Shown: in pieces, positions 59,555 to 64,000 of the stretch
How positions within the stretch are numbered: position 1 is the first letter of the stretch
Layout: the number at the start of each line of letters is the position of its first letter
Source of the DNA: an uncultured delta proteobacterium
GTDB taxonomy: Bacteria; Desulfobacterota; Binatia; Binatales; Binataceae
NCBI GenBank assembly: GCA_963796565.1
Contig: CAWCMA010000007.1
Span: forward strand, 487,044-551,043
DNA length: 64,000 nt
Reading direction: 5' to 3'
Notes under the pieces: model-generated
Told to the model about the DNA's origin: nothing
Databases searched by the model: none
The model's input: the letters and a program-made list of their open reading frames with translations, nothing else
Translations under genes and position numbers: made by a program

Positions 59555-59725
59555 TCATTTCACCGCCTGCGCTTCTTCGATCAGCATGATCGGAATGTCG
59601 TCCTTGATCGGGTAGACCAAACGGCAGGCGTCGCAGATGAGCCCGTCCTGCTTGTCGGTCACGCGCAGGTCGCCCTTGCATTTGGGGCAGGCCAGAATGT
59701 CGAGCAGTTCCTGGCTAACGGCCAT
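59555..59725 (-). CDS. Trm112/YcaR-like (UPF0434) small protein
   Basis: LLDILACPKCKGDL...LICDACRLVYPIKDDIPIMLIEEA, conserved downstream of lpxK. Confidence 0.75.
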   Translation of the reverse strand: MAVSQELLDILACPKCKGDLRVTDKQDGLICDACRLVYPIKDDIPIMLIEEAQAVK

Positions 59726-60902
59726 TTTCGGCAGAGGCCTCCTTTGCTCTCGGGTCGGGATTGTCGCTTGCGGCGGCCCGCGGATGCGCGCGGGCCGCAA
59801 CGATCATCTCGACCAGGCGTGTCTCGTCGTTTGGATCCATCACGACTTCGAGGCGTAAAGCGTACAGCGAATCGCGCTCGAACGGAAACCGCTCGAGCTT
59901 CACCAAATCCTTTTCGGTAGTCACGAGCACGGCGCCGCCGCGACCCGCGGCGATGATACTTTGCCAGTCCGCAGTCGTGTAAACATGATGGTCGGGATAT
60001 TCGAGCACGCCGACCAGGTCCGCATCGAGCTCGCGCAGCATCCGGTAAAAGCCACTGGCATTGGCCAGGCCGCTGACCGCTACCACGCGCCGTCCCATCA
60101 GCGACCCCGGCATTTCGGTCCATCGCGCCGCCGCGCTGGCGGGAGAAACGAGCGCCCGCGGCCTGAGCGTAGCGCGCAGCAGGCGCGGATGTTCCGCGAT
60201 GGAGCGCGGAATCGCTCCGGCGGAGCGCCCGGCTGCGGCGACGCCGCCCGCGTCTATCGCGATCACGGCGTCGGCACGCCGCGCCGCGCGAAGCGGCTCG
60301 CGCATCGGGCCCGCCGGCAAGAGCCATCCGTTGCCCACCCCGCGCTCGGCGTTCATCAGCAGCAAATCGACGTCGCGTCCGAGGCGCACGTGTTGAAAGG
60401 CGTCGTCGAGCACCACGGCGTCGAGCGGGCCGAGCCGCTGCTCGATAAGCTCGATGCCGTCGATGCGCCGGCGCGCGACCGCGATCGGCCCGGCGAACGA
60501 TTTCGCCATCATCATTGCCTCGTCGCCGGCTTCGTCGACGCTGGCGAGCAGCCGCTCGCCGTCCGAAACCAGGGTCGCGCGCTTCGCGATCGCCGTGCTG
60601 CCCCAACCCCGGCTCACGATCGCGACTTTCAGCCCCTGCATGCGCAAGCGCGAGGCCAAGAACAGCGTGAACGGCGTCTTGGCATTGCCGCCCAGCGTGA
60701 GATTGCCGACGCTCACCACCAGCGGGCGCGCGCGCCGTTTCATCCTGCGCCACCAGAACGCGCGCGCCGCCAGGGCAACGCGGTAAGCGCCGGTCGCGGG
60801 AACGAGCGTGGTCCATAGCAGCCGCTCGTGGAACGAGAGGTCACTTCGCCACAATCCCTCCAGGCGCGAACGATTCGGCGGTGCTGGCGTGGAACCGGCC
60901 AT
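59715..60902 (-). CDS. lpxK: Tetraacyldisaccharide 4'-kinase
   Basis: VVSVGNLTLGGNAKTP P-loop. Confidence 0.9.
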   Translation of the reverse strand: MAGSTPAPPNRSRLEGLWRSDLSFHERLLWTTLVPATGAYRVALAARAFWWRRMKRRARPLVVSVGNLTLGGNAKTPFTLFLASRLRMQGLKVAIVSRGWGSTAIAKRATLVSDGERLLASVDEAGDEAMMMAKSFAGPIAVARRRIDGIELIEQRLGPLDAVVLDDAFQHVRLGRDVDLLLMNAERGVGNGWLLPAGPMREPLRAARRADAVIAIDAGGVAAAGRSAGAIPRSIAEHPRLLRATLRPRALVSPASAAARWTEMPGSLMGRRVVAVSGLANASGFYRMLRELDADLVGVLEYPDHHVYTTADWQSIIAAGRGGAVLVTTEKDLVKLERFPFERDSLYALRLEVVMDPNDETRLVEMIVAARAHPRAAASDNPDPRAKEASAENGR

Positions 60903-60905
60903 GGC

Positions 60906-62177
60906 TCAGGCGACGCTAATCAGTGGACGCAGATGCATCAAGGTTGCGCCGACACCACCTGCCATCCGCTCCACCACGGCGCGCGCGCGCCGTCCCGCGG
61001 CGCGCCGCTCGGACTCGTCGTCTATAAATGCGGCCACGGCCCGCGCGAGTTCAGCGGCGTCACGCACCACCGCGCCAGCCCGAGCTGCCAACAGTGCCGA
61101 TGCGATCGCGCGCTGATTCTCATGGAAGGGCCCGAACAGCACCGGTACGCCGGCGGCGGCCGGCTCGGCCAGACTCTGCCCGCCGCGTCCAGGCACCAGA
61201 CTGCCACCGACGAAAGCTACCGCGGCGCGTCCGTACATCGCGTGCAGCTCGCCCATCGTGTCGAGCAGCAGCACGCGGGACGCGCCGGCGGCCGTCGTGA
61301 CCGGCGAGCTCGCCTTTGAGTATTCGATCCGCGCGGCGCGCATGAGTCTCTCGACTTCGGCGATGCGCTGGAGGTGGCGCGGCGCGAGGGCGAGGGCGAT
61401 TGCGTCGAAGCGGATGCGCAGTTCACGCCACGCGTCGAGGACGATTTGCTCTTCGCCCGGTGCGGTCGAGCCGGCGACTAGCAGCGGGCATCCGGGCGCG
61501 AAAGCCCGAAGCTCCGGGCGGAGCGGAGCGGCGCTGAGGCTCTCGAGATCGAACTTGGTGTTACCGGTTACGTTGACGCGGCTTTCCGCGGCGCCCAGCG
61601 CAAGAAAACGGCGCGCGTCCTCATCGGTTTGAGCGAGAACGAGATCGGCGCAGCCGAGCGTTTCGCGAAACAGCGGGCGAAAGTAGCGGTAGCGGCCGAA
61701 CGCACGCTCGGAGATGCGGCCGTTGACGATCGCGATGCGCGCACCGGCGCGACGCGACTCGATGAAATAGTTGGGCCACAGCTCGGTCTCGGCAATCAGC
61801 ACCAGCGTGGGCCGGAGCGCGTCCAGAAACGGGCGCAGTGCGCGGCGGCAATCGAGCGGCGCGAGCAGATGGGCGCGCGCGCCCCGAATTGACCGCTGCG
61901 CGGCGTCGCGCCCCGCGGCGGTCATCGTGGTGACGACCAGCGTCGCCTCGGGCCGTTCACAAACAAGGGCCGTCAGAACGGCGCGTAGCGCTCCCACTTC
62001 GCCCACCGACGCCGCATGCGCCCAGATTCGCGGTTCGGCCGGCGGTGCTGCGCCGTCGCTGGTCCACGCGGTACCCATGCGCGCGCGCCGCGCGGCGGGG
62101 TCGCCCGCTGCGCCGCTTAGCGCGAGCGCAAGCGGCATTGCCGGGTACCAGAGTGCGTTGTACAAGTGACGGAGCAT
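60906..62177 (-). CDS. waaA: 3-deoxy-D-manno-octulosonic acid (Kdo) transferase
   Basis: IWAHAASVGE motif and the GT30 fold. Confidence 0.9.
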   Translation of the reverse strand: MLRHLYNALWYPAMPLALALSGAAGDPAARRARMGTAWTSDGAAPPAEPRIWAHAASVGEVGALRAVLTALVCERPEATLVVTTMTAAGRDAAQRSIRGARAHLLAPLDCRRALRPFLDALRPTLVLIAETELWPNYFIESRRAGARIAIVNGRISERAFGRYRYFRPLFRETLGCADLVLAQTDEDARRFLALGAAESRVNVTGNTKFDLESLSAAPLRPELRAFAPGCPLLVAGSTAPGEEQIVLDAWRELRIRFDAIALALAPRHLQRIAEVERLMRAARIEYSKASSPVTTAAGASRVLLLDTMGELHAMYGRAAVAFVGGSLVPGRGGQSLAEPAAAGVPVLFGPFHENQRAIASALLAARAGAVVRDAAELARAVAAFIDDESERRAAGRRARAVVERMAGGVGATLMHLRPLISVA

Positions 62178-62257
62178 CCCAGAGCCGCGGAGCCGACGCG
62201 AGGGTTACCCGCCCGCCGCCGGCGTGGCGCGGCCGCGGCCCGTCGGCCCGTCGGATT

Positions 62258-63436
62258 TCATGCCATCATCTCGAGTGCGATCGCGGCGACGCGCGCGGCG
62301 GCCCCTGGTTCGCCCAGGCGGGAGCGCAGGGCCAGCAGTGCGTCTCCGGTCTCGGTGCGCAGCGGTTCGACCATCAGGTTTTCGGCCGCGCGTACCAGGT
62401 TGCGCACATTGACCCGCTCCTGGATAAGCTCGGGCACGACTTCACGTCCGGCCAGGATATTGGGCATCGCGATGAAATCGACTCCGCGCACCAGCATCCG
62501 CGCCAGCGCGTAGGTCAGCGGCGACATCTTGTACGCGACCACCATCGGGCAACCCAAGAGCGCGGTCTCGAGCGTCGCCGTGCCGGAGGCCGCAAGCGCA
62601 AGCTCGCTCGCCGCGACGATGCTGTAGGTGTCGCCCTCGATCACGCGGATGCCTTCGAGGCTGACCCGGCCCTCTTCGCGCAGTTGCGCGAGGGTGAGCG
62701 TCGGCGCGAGCGCAATAACCGGGATGAGCCCATGATCGGCCTCGAGCACGCGCGCCGTCTCGACCATCGGGCGCAGCAGGTAACGCACCTCGCCGCGCCG
62801 GCTGCCCGGCAGCAGCGCGAGCAGTCGCGCGTGGGCGGGAAGTCCGTGGCGCTTGAGCGTGGCGGCGCGATCCTGAGCCGGCGCAACGCGGTCGAGCAGC
62901 GGATGGCCGACGAAGGTGACGCGCTTGCCGGCGCCTGCGTAGAGTTCGGCCTCGAATGGCAGCACCACGGCGAGCCGATCGGTGCGCTCGATGATGCGAG
63001 CGACGCGGCCGCGCCGCCAGGCCCAGACCTGAGGCGTGATGTAATAGAGCACCGGGACGCCGGCGCGCTTGGCGGCGCGCGCGAGCGACATGTTGAACTC
63101 GGCGAAGTCGATAAGGATGACGAGGTCGGGGCGCTCGCGCCGCACCATGGTCTTGAGTTCGCGCAGAACGCCGAGGGTGCTCCAGATGGTCGAGGCCAGT
63201 TCGGCAAGTCCGAGGCCGGCGATGTCCTCGGTGCGGGTGAGCGCGCGAACGCCGGCCGCGCGCATCCGCTCGCCGGCGACGCCGAACAGCTCGCAGGCCG
63301 GATCGCGGGCGAGGATCTGGGTGGCAAGGTCGGCGCCGTGGAGGTCGCCCGAAGCCTCGCCGGCGACGATCATCACGCGGCGGCGGTGCGCCGGGCTGGC
63401 GGCGGCTGTCGACGGTTCCCTGGGGGTCGCGCTCAT
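62258..63436 (-). CDS. lpxB: Lipid-A-disaccharide synthase
   Basis: RVMIVAGEASGDLHGA N-terminus. Start set at MSATPRE (rc cat 63434-63436). Confidence 0.88.
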   Translation of the reverse strand: MSATPREPSTAAASPAHRRRVMIVAGEASGDLHGADLATQILARDPACELFGVAGERMRAAGVRALTRTEDIAGLGLAELASTIWSTLGVLRELKTMVRRERPDLVILIDFAEFNMSLARAAKRAGVPVLYYITPQVWAWRRGRVARIIERTDRLAVVLPFEAELYAGAGKRVTFVGHPLLDRVAPAQDRAATLKRHGLPAHARLLALLPGSRRGEVRYLLRPMVETARVLEADHGLIPVIALAPTLTLAQLREEGRVSLEGIRVIEGDTYSIVAASELALAASGTATLETALLGCPMVVAYKMSPLTYALARMLVRGVDFIAMPNILAGREVVPELIQERVNVRNLVRAAENLMVEPLRTETGDALLALRSRLGEPGAAARVAAIALEMMA

Positions 63437-63694
63437 CGGATGAATTGTGCTGGAAAATCGTGGCCTGCGCCACACGGATCGCGATGCTCGCGGCGGGATT
63501 TGCGCGCCGCGTCCGCGAGCCGCGTATGGCTTGCAGTTAGGCGGTAAACAAAGTAGTTTTCGCGCGAGATTAGCGCCGGGGCGGGCGCTCCTTGTGCTGG
63601 CCGGCAGTGGCGGGGATTCAGAACTGTTTCGCTGCCTCCAGACTCCCACCCCAACCCTCCCCCAAGACTGAGGGGGACGGAGTCAGGGCGCCGC

Positions 63695-64000
63695 ATGCGG
63701 AGAAAAGCGGTGGTGAAGATCGAAAACGTTCTCTTCGCGACGGATTTCTCCGAGGATTCGGGCTACGCGCTGACTTACGCGCGCTCGCTCGCCGAGCTGT
63801 GCAACACCAAGCTCTTCATCGTTCACGTGATCGAGAATCCGCTCGAACATCTCTACGGTGTGCCGCACGGCGAATATCCCGCACTCCAGGCAAATGCGAT
63901 CAAGAAGGTCCATGAATTGATCCACCGCTTCGACGACGTGCTGTCAGGCTTCACCAACTTCGAGATCTGCACCAAGGAGGGCGAGGCGTCGCTGGAAATT
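63695..64000 (+). CDS. Universal stress protein (UspA family), C-terminus beyond window
   Basis: KIENVLFATDFSEDSGYALTYA.... Confidence 0.7.
   Translation, partial: MRRKAVVKIENVLFATDFSEDSGYALTYARSLAELCNTKLFIVHVIENPLEHLYGVPHGEYPALQANAIKKVHELIHRFDDVLSGFTNFEICTKEGEASLEI

Overview
This is a high-GC (about 66-68%) chromosomal window from a Gram-negative bacterium. It encodes lipid A and LPS-core genes (lpxB, waaA, lpxK, a Kdo/LPS kinase, GT9/GT2/GT4 transferases), many sigma-54/NtrC-type features and a candidate selenoprotein. The lineage may be Acidobacteriota- or Deltaproteobacteria-like, with low confidence. Gene density is high and most content is housekeeping. The main blocks are: a two-component NtrB/NtrC-like operon; grpE-dnaK-dnaJ; pyrE and aroE; folK with a transaldolase and an aminotransferase; an alternative complex III (actABCD-F) operon fused to a caa3-type cytochrome oxidase cluster (coxB, coxA/C fusion, coxIV, ctaG); dapB and gpsA; nuoA-nuoC-nuoD; two LPS biosynthesis clusters; and yicC-gmk-relA/spoT-ridA. 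There is an initiator tRNA-Met. No transposases, integrases, CRISPR arrays or phage genes were seen. The most unusual locus is at 3274-4539. A rhodanese domain is fused in frame to a two-TM K+ channel pore (TTTSVGYGD filter). The reading frame is interrupted by a single in-frame TGA, and an fdhF-like SECIS hairpin (GCAGGCGG-UC-CGCCUGC, GGUC apical loop) begins 11 nt downstream of the TGA. This points to a selenocysteine-containing rhodanese-gated channel rather than a pseudogene. Other notable items: a secreted protein with four Big_5 Ig-like domains plus a DUF3494 ice-binding-like domain; a Tyr/Pro-repeat, His/Trp-rich small secreted protein; a palindromic MITE-like element with tandem CTCAGGATGAC repeats; a nuoA-nuoC-nuoD cluster with no nuoB; an internally duplicated 8-TM protein appended to the oxidase cluster; and two Thr-rich lipoproteins.
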